Notes: generated by a model not told the origin, from the sequence alone. Positions 8,176-19,204 are shown, numbered from the stretch's first letter. The stretch is 38,570 nt of DNA from an uncultured Chitinophagaceae bacterium (GCA_903832075.1 CAILAF010000511.1:1-38570); one strand, 5' to 3'. Made by a program: numbers and translations.

Positions 8176-9822
8176 TCAATCAATGAATTGTTCTTTCACT
8201 ACTAATTTCAATTGTCTGTTCACATCCCATTTTTCAAATTCTTTTGCAACATCAGATAAGAAACTTGCACCAACACTGCCATCAATAATTCGATGGTCAT
8301 AACTTAATGAAAGATACATCATGTGTCTGATAGCAATAAAATCACCTTTATCAGTTTCAACAACAACAGGTCTTTTCTTAATTGCGCCGGTAGCTAAAAT
8401 AGCCACTTGTGGTTGATTAATGATTGGTGTTCCCATTAAACTTCCGAATGTTCCAACGTTGGTGAAAGTAAAAGTGCCGCCTTGCGTATCATCCGGTTTT
8501 AATTTATAATTGCGAGCAGCATCGGCTAAACCATTTACAGATTTTGCTAATCCAACCAATCCCAATTGTTCAGCATTTTTAATTACCGGAACAATCAAAT
8601 TTTTAGTTGGTAAAGCAGTAGCCATACCAATATTGTAATAATTTTTTATCATAATTCTATCACCTTCAATAGAACTATTGATGATAGGATAACGTTTCAT
8701 CACTCGCACTAAACCTTCAATAAACATTGGAGTAAAAGTAATTTTAGTGCCGGCTTTCTTTTCAAAATCATCTTTTATTCTTTCTCTCCATAAAACCATA
8801 TTAGTAACATCTGCTTCAACAAAACTTGTTACATGTGCACTTGTTTGTTTACTATCCACCATGTGTTTTGCAATCAATTTGCGCATTCTATCCATTTCAA
8901 CAATTTCAACAGATGGCTTTGGTGTTGCAATTGGATCTTCATGAACAGAAGGTGCAACAAAAGTTGATTCAAAAGAATGAGTTTCTTCAACTACTTTTTT
9001 TGTTTCAACTGGATTTGGAATTGGCGGTGGAATATAAACTGGTTGAGGTTGTGGCGTTATAATTTGTTGCGGAACAATAACTGGCGAAGGTTCTGCAATT
9101 TTTGGTATTTCATAAACCGGTTTAATTTCTTCTGCTCGTTTTTCTTGAACAACAGGAATAACAATTTGTTGAACAGGAGCAGCAACGGGTATTTCAATTG
9201 ATGGTGGTGTTGGTGTATAAACCTGTTGTTGTGCAGGAACAAATGCAGGAACTTTTCCTATTCTTTTATCTGCTATGTATTGTAAAACATCTTTCTTGCT
9301 AACACGGCCTTCTGCACCAGTGCCAGGAATTCTTTCTAATTCACTTAAACTTAATCCTTCGCTATTAGCAATATTTAAAACCAATGGAGAAAAGAAACGA
9401 TTATTGCCACCAGTTTTTTGTGCGTGTGATTCTTGCGTTTGAGGAATATATGGAATTGATTCAGGAACGTGAATTGGTTCAAGAACATTTTGTTTAGCAG
9501 GTTCAGATTGTATTACAGGCACTGCTTGATGTTGAACAGGCGTAGCTGCAATGGGTTGAGGAGTTGGTGTTGATGCAGCAACTGCAACTTCAATTTTTGC
9601 AATAACAGCACCCACAGGAACTACATCATTATTATTGAAAAATATTTCAGTAAGTATGCCACTAACTGTTGATGGAACTTCGCTATCAACTTTATCGGTC
9701 GCAATATCCAAAACAGTTTCATCTTGCTTTACATGGTCGCCAACTTTTTTATGCCAACGCAAAATAGTTGCTTCCATTATGCTTTCACCCATTTTGGGCA
9801 TTACCAAATCTACTATTGCCAT
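8176..9822 (-). CDS. 2-oxoacid dehydrogenase E2 (dihydrolipoamide acyltransferase)
   Basis: Lipoyl domain (ATDKVDSEVPS), E3-binding domain (FFSPLV...GTGAEGRVSKKD), catalytic DHRIIDG and long Pro/Gln-rich linkers. Substrate not determinable from sequence alone. Confidence 0.93.
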   Translation of the reverse strand: MAIVDLVMPKMGESIMEATILRWHKKVGDHVKQDETVLDIATDKVDSEVPSTVSGILTEIFFNNNDVVPVGAVIAKIEVAVAASTPTPQPIAATPVQHQAVPVIQSEPAKQNVLEPIHVPESIPYIPQTQESHAQKTGGNNRFFSPLVLNIANSEGLSLSELERIPGTGAEGRVSKKDVLQYIADKRIGKVPAFVPAQQQVYTPTPPSIEIPVAAPVQQIVIPVVQEKRAEEIKPVYEIPKIAEPSPVIVPQQIITPQPQPVYIPPPIPNPVETKKVVEETHSFESTFVAPSVHEDPIATPKPSVEIVEMDRMRKLIAKHMVDSKQTSAHVTSFVEADVTNMVLWRERIKDDFEKKAGTKITFTPMFIEGLVRVMKRYPIINSSIEGDRIMIKNYYNIGMATALPTKNLIVPVIKNAEQLGLVGLAKSVNGLADAARNYKLKPDDTQGGTFTFTNVGTFGSLMGTPIINQPQVAILATGAIKKRPVVVETDKGDFIAIRHMMYLSLSYDHRIIDGSVGASFLSDVAKEFEKWDVNRQLKLVVKEQFID

Positions 9823-10043
9823 ACTAATCTTTCAGATTTAAATGGGATAAATTGTACCAACTAATCCATTCTATTTTCCTTTTGCAAGAACTTCTCAAAT
9901 TACAAAGTGGATAAATAATTAACTCATTGAAAACAAATCTCTAATCACATAAATTGTTCAAATTCTATTTAACCAAATCATAAAAGCGTTGGCAAGCAAA
10001 AGCAAACCATCATCAAAAATAATTTTTAACTGTTGAAAGTTAT

Positions 10044-11300
10044 TCAACGGTTATCCACAATTAACTGACGCATTAAATTTAATGCATTCGTTGCAGTTAA
10101 TTGAATATTTCTTGTTCTATCAAAACGAAAATGAAATTTCTTTGATATGATCTTATATTTACTCGCCACTGCTACCCATGCAGTACCAACTGGCTTTTCA
10201 TGAGTGCCGCCATCGGGTCCCATAATTCCACTCACTGCAATTGCATAATCTGTTTTCATTAATTGCATTACATTTTTAACCATTTCGCAAACTGTCTCTT
10301 CACTAACGGCACCAACAGTATTCAATGTTATATTTTTAACATTCAATACTTCTTCTTTCACAGCATAAGAATAACTCACAACACTTCCTTCATAATAAGC
10401 GGATGATCCTGGTATGGAAGTTAATAAATGCGCAATATAGCCACCGGTACAGCTTTCTGCAGTTGCGATAGTTTGTTTTCTTTCCTTTAATAATTTGCCA
10501 ATAACAGCTTCCAGAGAGATATCTTCATCAACAACTAAATATTCTTTCACTAAATTTTTTAAAGTAGAAAATAAAGTATCAATTGTTTCAACTAATTTAT
10601 TTTTATCATTACTAAAACCAGTTAAACGTAAACGAATCATTCCGTCATTTGGTAAATAAGCCAATTTGATATTAGATTGAATTTTTTCTTCAAAATCTTT
10701 AATCATTTCTGCCAAATAAGATTCACCAATTCCGGCAGTTAATAAAGTTCTATGTTCAATAAATCCTGTTTTAAAATTTTGAGAGATGATATTTAGCACC
10801 TCATTATGCATAATCCATTTCATTTCATGTGGCACACCGGGCAACGCAATAAAAATTTTTTCATCTTTTTCAAATAACATCCCTGGTGCTGTTCCTCTTT
10901 CATTTTTTAAAACAGTACAAACATCAGGTACTTCGGCTTGTTTGCGATTGCGATCAATCATTGGTCGCTTAAATTTTTTTTCAAACAAATCGGTAATATA
11001 ATCTAATGTCGGTTGATGCATTATCATCTTTCCGCCAAAATAATCACACAATAAAGGTTTGGTAATATCATCAGCAGTTGGACCTAATCCACCTGTTATT
11101 AAAATTATATCTGCCTGTTTACTTTCTTCATTTAAGGCATTCCAAATATCATCATATACATCACCAACTGCAATACGATGTTTAACGGATACTCCAATTT
11201 TATTTAACTCTTGTGCTATCCATGCGCTATTTGTATCAATAACTTGTCCAATCAATAATTCATCGCCAATGGTAATAATTGTTGCAAAAACTTTTTTCAT
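10044..11300 (-). CDS. cinA: CinA family protein (molybdopterin-binding-like domain plus NMN deamidase domain)
   Basis: IGDELLIGQVIDTNS, TGGLGPTADDIT and TAESCTGG motifs. Start set at ATG 11300 because the track start overlaps dacB. Confidence 0.92.
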   Translation of the reverse strand: MKKVFATIITIGDELLIGQVIDTNSAWIAQELNKIGVSVKHRIAVGDVYDDIWNALNEESKQADIILITGGLGPTADDITKPLLCDYFGGKMIMHQPTLDYITDLFEKKFKRPMIDRNRKQAEVPDVCTVLKNERGTAPGMLFEKDEKIFIALPGVPHEMKWIMHNEVLNIISQNFKTGFIEHRTLLTAGIGESYLAEMIKDFEEKIQSNIKLAYLPNDGMIRLRLTGFSNDKNKLVETIDTLFSTLKNLVKEYLVVDEDISLEAVIGKLLKERKQTIATAESCTGGYIAHLLTSIPGSSAYYEGSVVSYSYAVKEEVLNVKNITLNTVGAVSEETVCEMVKNVMQLMKTDYAIAVSGIMGPDGGTHEKPVGTAWVAVASKYKIISKKFHFRFDRTRNIQLTATNALNLMRQLIVDNR

Positions 11301-11341
11301 ACACTTCTTCAGTATAATTTTAGTGCAAAGTAAATGATTGA

Positions 11342-12754
11342 ATGATGAAAACATATACGTTAGCGATAAGTTTATTATTTCTTGTAAATATTTCGCTCTC
11401 TCAATCTGTAACACAAAAGATTGATAATGCAGTGAAACGTTTGATGGCAGACAGTTCTATGAAACATGCAATTTTTAGTTTGTATGTAGTGAATGGTAAT
11501 TCGAATGAAGTAATATATGATTTGAATTCGCAATTTGGATTAGCGCCTGCAAGTTGCCAGAAAATTTTTACCAGTATTGCAGCAATGGATTTTTTAGGAC
11601 ATGATTATCGGTTTAAAACAGAATTGGGTTATGATGGAACAATAAAAAAGGATGAATTAAATGGTAATTTATTTTTAATTGGTTATGGAGATCCCACATT
11701 GGGAAGTTGGCGATTTAGTGAAACAAAAGATTCTGTTGTTTTAAATAAATGGATGAGTGCAATTAATAGTGCCGGCATAAAAAAAATTAATGGCAATATT
11801 TATTTAGATAATTCAAAATTTTCTTTCAATCCAATTCCCGGTGGATGGATTTGGGATGATATTGGTAATTATTATGGTGCCGGACATTGGGCATTGAATT
11901 GGCATGAGAATCAATACGACCTTATAATGCAGCCGGGTTTAAATGAAGGTGATGATGTAAAAATTTTAAGAACTAATCCTGAGTTACAAGCTAATAGTTT
12001 AATTAGTTTAATTAAAACAGGAAAGAAAGGAAGCGGCGATAATGGTTATATTTTCTTACCACCTTATTCACCATTTGGTTTTGTTGAAGGAACAATTCCT
12101 TTGCAGGAAAAAGAATTTAGTATTGCAGGTGCAATTCCTTCTTCAACTAATCAAATTGCTTTTGTTTTAGAAAAGAAATTATCTGATAATCAGATTAAAG
12201 TAAAAGAATTTAAAACTTCTGAAGAGTTTATTGCAAACAAAACGACTATTCCATCATTATCGAAAATTTTATTCACGCATTATTCTCCTTCGCTCGATAG
12301 CATCAATTATTATTTTTTAAAACGCAGTATCAATTTATATGGTGAAGCATTCATAAAAACAATTGCTTATGAAAAAAAAGGATATGGAAATACTGATTCC
12401 GGAATTGCAATTGTAAAAAAATATTGGCAGGAGCGTGGTATAGAAAAATCAGCATTACATATTATAGATGGAAGTGGCTTATCGCCGCAAAACCGCGTCA
12501 CCACTTATGCTTTGGTGACTGCTTTGCAATATGCCAAAACAAGAGATTGGTTTAATTCTTTCTATTTTGATTTGCCCGAATACAATCAAATGAAATTAAA
12601 AAGTGGAAGTATTGGCGGTGCAAGAAGTTTTGCAGGCTATCATACTTCAAAAGGCGGAACACCATATACAGTTGCAATCATGGTAAATAATTTTGATGGT
12701 TCATCATCTTCAATTGTTGAGAAAATGTTTTTGATACTAAATGAATTAAAGTAA
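11342..12754 (+). CDS. dacB: D-Ala-D-Ala carboxypeptidase/endopeptidase PBP4 (peptidase S13)
   Basis: Signal peptide, PASCQK (SxxK), GDPTLG, SIN (SxN), DGSGLS and KSG motifs. Confidence 0.93.
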   Translation: MMKTYTLAISLLFLVNISLSQSVTQKIDNAVKRLMADSSMKHAIFSLYVVNGNSNEVIYDLNSQFGLAPASCQKIFTSIAAMDFLGHDYRFKTELGYDGTIKKDELNGNLFLIGYGDPTLGSWRFSETKDSVVLNKWMSAINSAGIKKINGNIYLDNSKFSFNPIPGGWIWDDIGNYYGAGHWALNWHENQYDLIMQPGLNEGDDVKILRTNPELQANSLISLIKTGKKGSGDNGYIFLPPYSPFGFVEGTIPLQEKEFSIAGAIPSSTNQIAFVLEKKLSDNQIKVKEFKTSEEFIANKTTIPSLSKILFTHYSPSLDSINYYFLKRSINLYGEAFIKTIAYEKKGYGNTDSGIAIVKKYWQERGIEKSALHIIDGSGLSPQNRVTTYALVTALQYAKTRDWFNSFYFDLPEYNQMKLKSGSIGGARSFAGYHTSKGGTPYTVAIMVNNFDGSSSSIVEKMFLILNELK

Positions 12755-12786
12755 TTATCTTTCGCATCAACAAAAAAATAACGATT

Positions 12787-13215
12787 ATGAAAGAACAAAA
12801 TTTTAAAAACCACCCCCAATTTGTTCCGGCTTATCATTATGTTGCATCAACATTACTATTAGCTATTCTTATTGGTTCATTAGTTAATTTGGCACACAGC
12901 ACAAAAGAAAGTTTATATTCTGCTTCATTAATTTGTGCGTTAACAATTGTGTCAATAATCATTTGGTTTTATATGCGAGTGTTTGCATTGAAAGTACAAG
13001 ACAGAGCCATTCGTGCAGAAGAAAATTTTCGTCATTTTATTTTGACTGGAAAACCTTTCGATAAGTCTTTGCATCTTTCTCAAATCATTGCATTACGTTT
13101 TGCAAGTGATGAAGAGTTTGTACAATTAGCAAAGCGTGCAGTTGATGAAAATCTTACTAATAAACAAATCAAACAATCAGTTCAACATTGGAGAGCAGAT
13201 CATCATCGTGCATGA
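12787..13215 (+). CDS. Conserved two-TM membrane protein (DUF6526-like)
   Basis: QNFKNH, QDRAIRAEE, QIIALRFASD and WRADHHR motifs. Confidence 0.75.
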   Translation: MKEQNFKNHPQFVPAYHYVASTLLLAILIGSLVNLAHSTKESLYSASLICALTIVSIIIWFYMRVFALKVQDRAIRAEENFRHFILTGKPFDKSLHLSQIIALRFASDEEFVQLAKRAVDENLTNKQIKQSVQHWRADHHRA

Positions 13216-13216
13216 T

Positions 13217-13627
13217 TTAAATAAAAAAAGGGGTTAATTTTTTTCTCAATTCTTCAGGCATTGTTACTTTATTTCTTGTTTTTGCATCCAAGAAATACAA
13301 TACTACTTTTCCTGATGTAAGCATTTTTCCTTTTTCATTAAACACTTCCTGATAAAATTCTATTCGATGTTTTGTAGGCAATTCGCGTATTTGTGTTTTA
13401 ACAGTTAGTAAATCATCATAAGTAGCCGGACGCAAATATTTAATATGCAATTCAACCACAGGCATTATCACGCCTTGTTCTTCCATGTCTTTGTAAGTAT
13501 AGCCTAATTGGCGAATGCTTTCAACTCTGCCCACTTCAAAGTATTGCGCATAATTACCATAATACACAATATTCATTTGATCTGTTTCTGCATAGCGCAC
13601 TCTAATTTGTGTTTGTGTTTCGTACAT
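13217..13627 (-). CDS. Acyl-CoA thioesterase, YbgC/FadM (4HBT) family
   Basis: RVRYAETDQMNIVYYGNYAQYFEVGR and PATYDD motifs. Confidence 0.92.
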   Translation of the reverse strand: MYETQTQIRVRYAETDQMNIVYYGNYAQYFEVGRVESIRQLGYTYKDMEEQGVIMPVVELHIKYLRPATYDDLLTVKTQIRELPTKHRIEFYQEVFNEKGKMLTSGKVVLYFLDAKTRNKVTMPEELRKKLTPFFI

Positions 13628-13775
13628 GGAATAACAAAATTTGTTGGTAAAGTTAATGGTGTTTCTTCTTTATCCACAAACAATGGAACGATGTTTGTTT
13701 AAAAGAGTTCAGTGGTAACTTTATTTGCATTTTACCTTTTTATTAAGAAACAAACTGGAATCTTTGTAACTCATT

Positions 13776-16700
13776 ATGCGAAAATCCTTTTCAATATTCC
13801 TTGCATGTTGGTGTTGTATTGTAATTAATACAGGCAATGCACAATCCACTAAAATCAATAATGATCCAGATGCTGACTTTAAACAAGCAAAAGAATTTTT
13901 TCAAAAAGAGCAATATAGTTTAGCCTATCCTGTTTTTAAAAATTTGTATAGTAATGGTGTTGGCAATACTTATTATCCTATTACTATTCAAACGGAAGCA
14001 AAGTATTATTATATCACTTGTGGATTAAAATTAAATGATGCTACTGCCGAACCATTGGCAATTGATTTTATTGATTTAGAGCATCACGAACCACGTATTC
14101 AGTTAATGAGTTATCAGCTGGCAGAATATTATTTCAGGAAAAATAATTTTGCAGATGCATTAACTTATTATGATAAATCAGGAATTGATAATTTATCGAA
14201 TGCAGAAATTGCAGAATTGAAATTCAATAAAGGATATTGCTATTTTTCCATGCAGAAATTCAATGAAGCAAAACCTTTGTTTAATGTTATACGACAAATA
14301 AAATCTGATTCTAATTATTGTGATGCCAACTATTATTATGGCTTTATTAATTTTTCTGAAAAAAATTATGATGAAGCATTGCAATGTTTCATTATTGCTG
14401 CAACTGATGCAACCTATCAAAACATAGTGCCATTCTATATTGCAGAGATTTATTATTTTAATGGTGACAGAGATAAAGCATTGCAATATGCTGAACAATC
14501 AATTAAAAAAGGTGGTCAGTTTTATGATATTCCTTTAAAACAATTAGCAGGTCATCTTCATTTCGAAAAAAGAGAATATGCACAAGCATTACCATATTTA
14601 CAAGAGTATGTTCAAAAAAATGAAAAGGTTAGTCGCGAAGATTTGTATGAATTATCTTATTGTTATTATGCTGCGGGTAATTGGAATAAAAGTATTGATG
14701 GCTTTAAACAATTAGGTGGTAAAGAAGATTCATTGGCACAAAATAGTATGTATTTATTGGCTGATGCATATTTAAAAACCGATCAAAAAGTAAATGCAAG
14801 AAATGCATTTTTATTTTGTGCCAGCAATAACAGTAATCCTACACAAAAAGAAATTTCTTCTTTCAGTTATGCAAAACTTAGTTATGAATTAAGTTATTTA
14901 GATATTGCATTAAAAGAGTTTCAAAATTTTATTGCAGCTTATCCAAATTCAAATTATGTATTAGAAGCAAAAGAGTTGGAAGTTTCTGTTTTAGCCAATA
15001 CAAGTAATTACAAAGATGCATTGACTTTGTTTGAAAGTTTACCAAAGCAAAGTGAAAGTATTAAAAAAATATATCCAAGAATTTTATATGGCAGAGCAGT
15101 TGAATTATTGAATGATCAACAAATTGATAGCGCTAATGCTTTGCTGACAAGGGTTTTAGCGTTACCTTATAATCAAGCACAGTTACAATTTATATATTTC
15201 TGGAAAGGAGAACTCGCTTATCGAAATGGAAATATTAATGAAGCGATTGTTTATTTAACAGATTATTTAAAGAATCCGCAAGTAAATGGTGAAGTGAATA
15301 TCATTAATGCAAAATATGATTTGGCTTATGCATTATTAAAGAAAGAAGATTATAAAAATGCTTTGGAATATTTCCAACAAGTAGCAAAAAATATTTCTTT
15401 TAATTCAACTGCCATTGAACAAGATGCTTATATAAGAGCTGCGGATTGTTATTTCATGAATAAAAACTTGAAGCAAGCATTATTAATGTATGAGAATGTT
15501 ATTTACTTGAATGGAAAGAATGCTGATTATGCTTTGTTTCAAAAAGCGATCATTGCAGGTGCTTCAAATAAAAATGTAGATAAAGTAGGTTTATTACAGA
15601 GCTTATTAATTAAATATCCGAATTCAACTTTAATTGCCGAAGTAAATATGGAGATGGCTAATACATATTTAGCGGACGAGGATTATGAAAATGCGATTAC
15701 TCCTTTGAATAATGTAATAAAAAATAAAAATGCCACTTCATTACAACCTCAAGCATATTTAAAAACCGGTGTTGCGTATTTTAATTTAAAAAAGAATGAT
15801 GATGCGTTAAATTATTTTAAACAATTAGTTTCTAATTATCCTAATTCAGAAGAAAGTGATGAAGCAGTTGAATACATCAGAAATATTTTTATTGCTAATC
15901 AGAATCCGGGAGAATTTGTTTCTTTCATGCGAAAAAATGGAAAGAATGTTTCTTATAATGAAGAAGATTCTTTAACCTATCGTTCCGCAGCAATGCGTTA
16001 CGAATCAAAAGATTTTATAAATGCTAAACAAGGGTTAACTGATTATCTTTCTAAATTTCCTGATGGTCGTTATTCTATTGAAGCCAATTATTTTTTGGCA
16101 GAAACTAATATCAACAATAAAAATTTTAATACAGCATTGCCATTCTATAATGCAGTGGCAGCAAAGGCTCCAAACAAATATGCAGAAAGAAGTGCATTAC
16201 AAAGTGCAAGAATTTATTATTTTGATTTGAAAGATTTTAATAATGCAGAAACTTATTATGCGCAATTAAAATCAATTGCAACGCAACAAGAAAACAAATT
16301 AGAAGCCATGCGTGGTTTATTGCGTTGCCAGTTTAAACTGCAACAATGGAAAGAAGCTTCTGCCAATGCACAGGATATTTTACAAGAGAAAGGAACTGCG
16401 ACCGATGATAAGATGATGGCTAATTTAATTGTAGCTAAAAGTTTTCAACTTAACAATCAATTAGACGAAGCAACCATTGCATATAAACAAGTAATTCTTA
16501 TTGGTAAATCAGAGTTTGGTGCAGAATCAAAATATCATATTGCTGAAATTTTATTTCTACAAAGTAAATTTAGTGAAGCTGAGAAAGCTGCATTTGATGT
16601 AGTTAAGAAGGAAGGTTCTTATGAATATTGGGTAACGAAGAGTTATATTTTGTTGGGAGATATTTATTTTAAAGAAAAAGATTTGTTTAATGCAGAAGCA

Positions 16701-16817
16701 ACTTATAAAAGCGTTGCAGAGAATGCAACCAATGATGATTTGAAAAAAGAAGCTCAACAGAAATTAGAAAATGTGATTCAAGAAAAATCAAAGACCGAAA
16801 AAGTTGAACAACAATAA
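13776..16817 (+). CDS. Large exported tetratricopeptide repeat protein
   Basis: Signal peptide followed by TPR-like helical repeats across 1013 aa. Confidence 0.9.
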   Translation: MRKSFSIFLACWCCIVINTGNAQSTKINNDPDADFKQAKEFFQKEQYSLAYPVFKNLYSNGVGNTYYPITIQTEAKYYYITCGLKLNDATAEPLAIDFIDLEHHEPRIQLMSYQLAEYYFRKNNFADALTYYDKSGIDNLSNAEIAELKFNKGYCYFSMQKFNEAKPLFNVIRQIKSDSNYCDANYYYGFINFSEKNYDEALQCFIIAATDATYQNIVPFYIAEIYYFNGDRDKALQYAEQSIKKGGQFYDIPLKQLAGHLHFEKREYAQALPYLQEYVQKNEKVSREDLYELSYCYYAAGNWNKSIDGFKQLGGKEDSLAQNSMYLLADAYLKTDQKVNARNAFLFCASNNSNPTQKEISSFSYAKLSYELSYLDIALKEFQNFIAAYPNSNYVLEAKELEVSVLANTSNYKDALTLFESLPKQSESIKKIYPRILYGRAVELLNDQQIDSANALLTRVLALPYNQAQLQFIYFWKGELAYRNGNINEAIVYLTDYLKNPQVNGEVNIINAKYDLAYALLKKEDYKNALEYFQQVAKNISFNSTAIEQDAYIRAADCYFMNKNLKQALLMYENVIYLNGKNADYALFQKAIIAGASNKNVDKVGLLQSLLIKYPNSTLIAEVNMEMANTYLADEDYENAITPLNNVIKNKNATSLQPQAYLKTGVAYFNLKKNDDALNYFKQLVSNYPNSEESDEAVEYIRNIFIANQNPGEFVSFMRKNGKNVSYNEEDSLTYRSAAMRYESKDFINAKQGLTDYLSKFPDGRYSIEANYFLAETNINNKNFNTALPFYNAVAAKAPNKYAERSALQSARIYYFDLKDFNNAETYYAQLKSIATQQENKLEAMRGLLRCQFKLQQWKEASANAQDILQEKGTATDDKMMANLIVAKSFQLNNQLDEATIAYKQVILIGKSEFGAESKYHIAEILFLQSKFSEAEKAAFDVVKKEGSYEYWVTKSYILLGDIYFKEKDLFNAEATYKSVAENATNDDLKKEAQQKLENVIQEKSKTEKVEQQ

Positions 16818-16830
16818 AGTAGTATAACTG

Positions 16831-18612
16831 ATGAGATCAACATATAAGATATTATTTTTCATTTTGATGATATGCATTCCTTTTGCATCGGTTCATGCGC
16901 AAAAGAAAGCAAAAAAGAAAACAACTTCTTCATCAACAACAAAAAAGAAAAAATCAAGTCCAAAGAATCCTGCAAAACAAACATCTTCAGTTACTGCACC
17001 TGCGGTTTTGATGAACACAGTTCGCGAAAAAGCAACAGAAAATATTTTGAAAGACAGCACGCCAAAAACAGTAACTATTACTTCTTCTTTCAAACCAATA
17101 TTAAGAAATGCTGCTAAAATTAATTTTACTGCATCAGCGCCAATATTAGACTCCACAAGGATTCCATTAACATACAATGTTCCAGCACAAAATTTATTTT
17201 TCTCTTATCAACCTATTTCCATAAAGCCATTAGCATTAACTATTGATAGTGGTTTTCATTGGGAAAATGATAAATACGTTAAAGCAGGCTTTGGAAATTA
17301 TTCAACACCATATCTTGAAACCGGAATGTCATTTGGCGATGGAAAAAATTCTATTATTCGTTTAGATGGAAAATATACTTCATCAAAAGGTAATATTGCT
17401 TTTCAACAATTCAGTAAGTTTAATGTTGAGATGTTAGGCATCTTTAATACAGCAAGTAATAATGAAATAGTTTCAAAAGTTTTTGTTGATAATAGTCTGC
17501 AATATAAATATGGTTATACACCTTCAACATTAACTTTTGCAAAAGATCAATTAGAACAACAATTTAATAATGTTGGAATTGAATTTGGAATTAGAAATAA
17601 AGTCGCAACAGGTTTTGGAATTACTTATCATCCAGAAATTCATCTCAATTATTTTTCTGATAATCGAAATGCCAACGAATTAGACTTTATCGCTAAAGCT
17701 GCACTGAATAAGGCTTTTGGAAGATTGTTTGCTTTTGATGTGACAGGAACGGCCGATGTTACTTCATTAAAATTGCCAACATCAACGATCAGCAATAATA
17801 TATTTTATATCAATCCAACAATTCAATTTAATACACCAAACTTTAAATTATATACCGGTATACAACCTACTTGGGATAATCAAGTATTTTCTATGTTACC
17901 AAACATTACTGCTGAAGCAAAAATAAAAGATGAGAAATTTATTTTGCAAGCCGGATGGATTGGATATTTTAATAAAAATACTTATCAATCATTATCTGCT
18001 TTTAATCCTTGGATAGCACAACCGTCACAATTATTGAATGCGAAAGTTCAAGAACAATATGCCGGGTTTAAAGGAAGTGCAGGTAAACATTTTACTTACA
18101 ATGCAAGATTATCATTCATAAAAATTAATAATCAAGCTTTGTTTGTAAATGATACTGCAAAATTAAATTCGCAAACATTTGATGTATTATACGAAACTCA
18201 ATTACAAGGATTACGTTTGCATGGTGAAGTAAGTTACACCGATCAGGAAAAATTATCAATGATGGCTGCACTTACTTTTACGCAATACACCAATCAAACT
18301 AAATATGATAAGCCTTGGGGAATTTTGCCTTTAGAGTTATCAGGCAGTTTGAGATACAAAATTTTAAAAGATCTGCAAATAAAATCAGATATTTTTATAT
18401 GGGATGGAACTAATTATAGGAATAATAGTTTGCAATCCCAAAAACTGTCGCCTGCCCTGGATTTCAATCTGGGAGCGGAGTTTACCGTTATGCCAAAGCT
18501 TAATCTTTGGTTACAGTTTAATAATATGTTCAATAGTCATTATCAAAGATGGAACCAATATGATGTTTTAGGTTTCAATGTTTTGGGAGGAGTTGTATAT
18601 TCGTTCCACTAA
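16831..18612 (+). CDS. Outer-membrane beta-barrel protein (TonB-dependent-receptor-like barrel)
   Basis: Signal peptide, Lys/Ser-rich N-terminal segment, alternating beta-strand pattern and C-terminal GFNVLGGVVYSFH. Confidence 0.8.
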   Translation: MRSTYKILFFILMICIPFASVHAQKKAKKKTTSSSTTKKKKSSPKNPAKQTSSVTAPAVLMNTVREKATENILKDSTPKTVTITSSFKPILRNAAKINFTASAPILDSTRIPLTYNVPAQNLFFSYQPISIKPLALTIDSGFHWENDKYVKAGFGNYSTPYLETGMSFGDGKNSIIRLDGKYTSSKGNIAFQQFSKFNVEMLGIFNTASNNEIVSKVFVDNSLQYKYGYTPSTLTFAKDQLEQQFNNVGIEFGIRNKVATGFGITYHPEIHLNYFSDNRNANELDFIAKAALNKAFGRLFAFDVTGTADVTSLKLPTSTISNNIFYINPTIQFNTPNFKLYTGIQPTWDNQVFSMLPNITAEAKIKDEKFILQAGWIGYFNKNTYQSLSAFNPWIAQPSQLLNAKVQEQYAGFKGSAGKHFTYNARLSFIKINNQALFVNDTAKLNSQTFDVLYETQLQGLRLHGEVSYTDQEKLSMMAALTFTQYTNQTKYDKPWGILPLELSGSLRYKILKDLQIKSDIFIWDGTNYRNNSLQSQKLSPALDFNLGAEFTVMPKLNLWLQFNNMFNSHYQRWNQYDVLGFNVLGGVVYSFH

Positions 18613-18628
18613 ATGCAGATAAAAGTTA

Positions 18629-19204
18629 ATGTACGAACTATTTTATAAATACTTAATCTTAAATCATAAAGTTGGATTACCCGGCGTAGGAAGTTTTTTT
18701 GTAACAAGAATTCCAGCTAAAATGGATTTTGTAACTCGATCATTGTTCGCACCTGCCGAGGTCATTCAATTTAATAAAGAACATCAAGCAGCGGAAAAAG
18801 GCTTTTATGAATTTGTTGAAAAGCAAATGAATATTAGCGATGTAGATGCAATTACTCGATTCAGTAATTTTTCATTTCAAATTAAAGAGAAAGCTTCACA
18901 ACCCGGCGGAATTAGTTTGCCTGGTATTGGTTTATTAAGAACAGATTTTGATGGCTCTTTATATTTTTCGGCAGAAGAAAATAAAACGGCATCATTAAAA
19001 CAAATTTATCTTGACAATTCAAATACTACTTCCAATGCTAATTTGGTAGAAGTTTATGATACTGGAGAATCAACCATCATCGCTCAAGAGGTTGAAATTA
19101 CTTCAGAAAAAATTATCATCAATAAACAAGAAGATTATTGGTGGGTATATGCAATCATACTTGCATTAATGGGCGTTGGCGCCTTAATGTATTATTATAT
19201 TTAA
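18629..19204 (+). CDS. HU-CCDC81-like domain protein with C-terminal TM helix
   Basis: Two HU-like motifs (VGLPGVGSF and ISLPGIGLL) and a terminal hydrophobic segment WWVYAIILALMGVGALMYYYI. Confidence 0.65.
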   Translation: MYELFYKYLILNHKVGLPGVGSFFVTRIPAKMDFVTRSLFAPAEVIQFNKEHQAAEKGFYEFVEKQMNISDVDAITRFSNFSFQIKEKASQPGGISLPGIGLLRTDFDGSLYFSAEENKTASLKQIYLDNSNTTSNANLVEVYDTGESTIIAQEVEITSEKIIINKQEDYWWVYAIILALMGVGALMYYYI

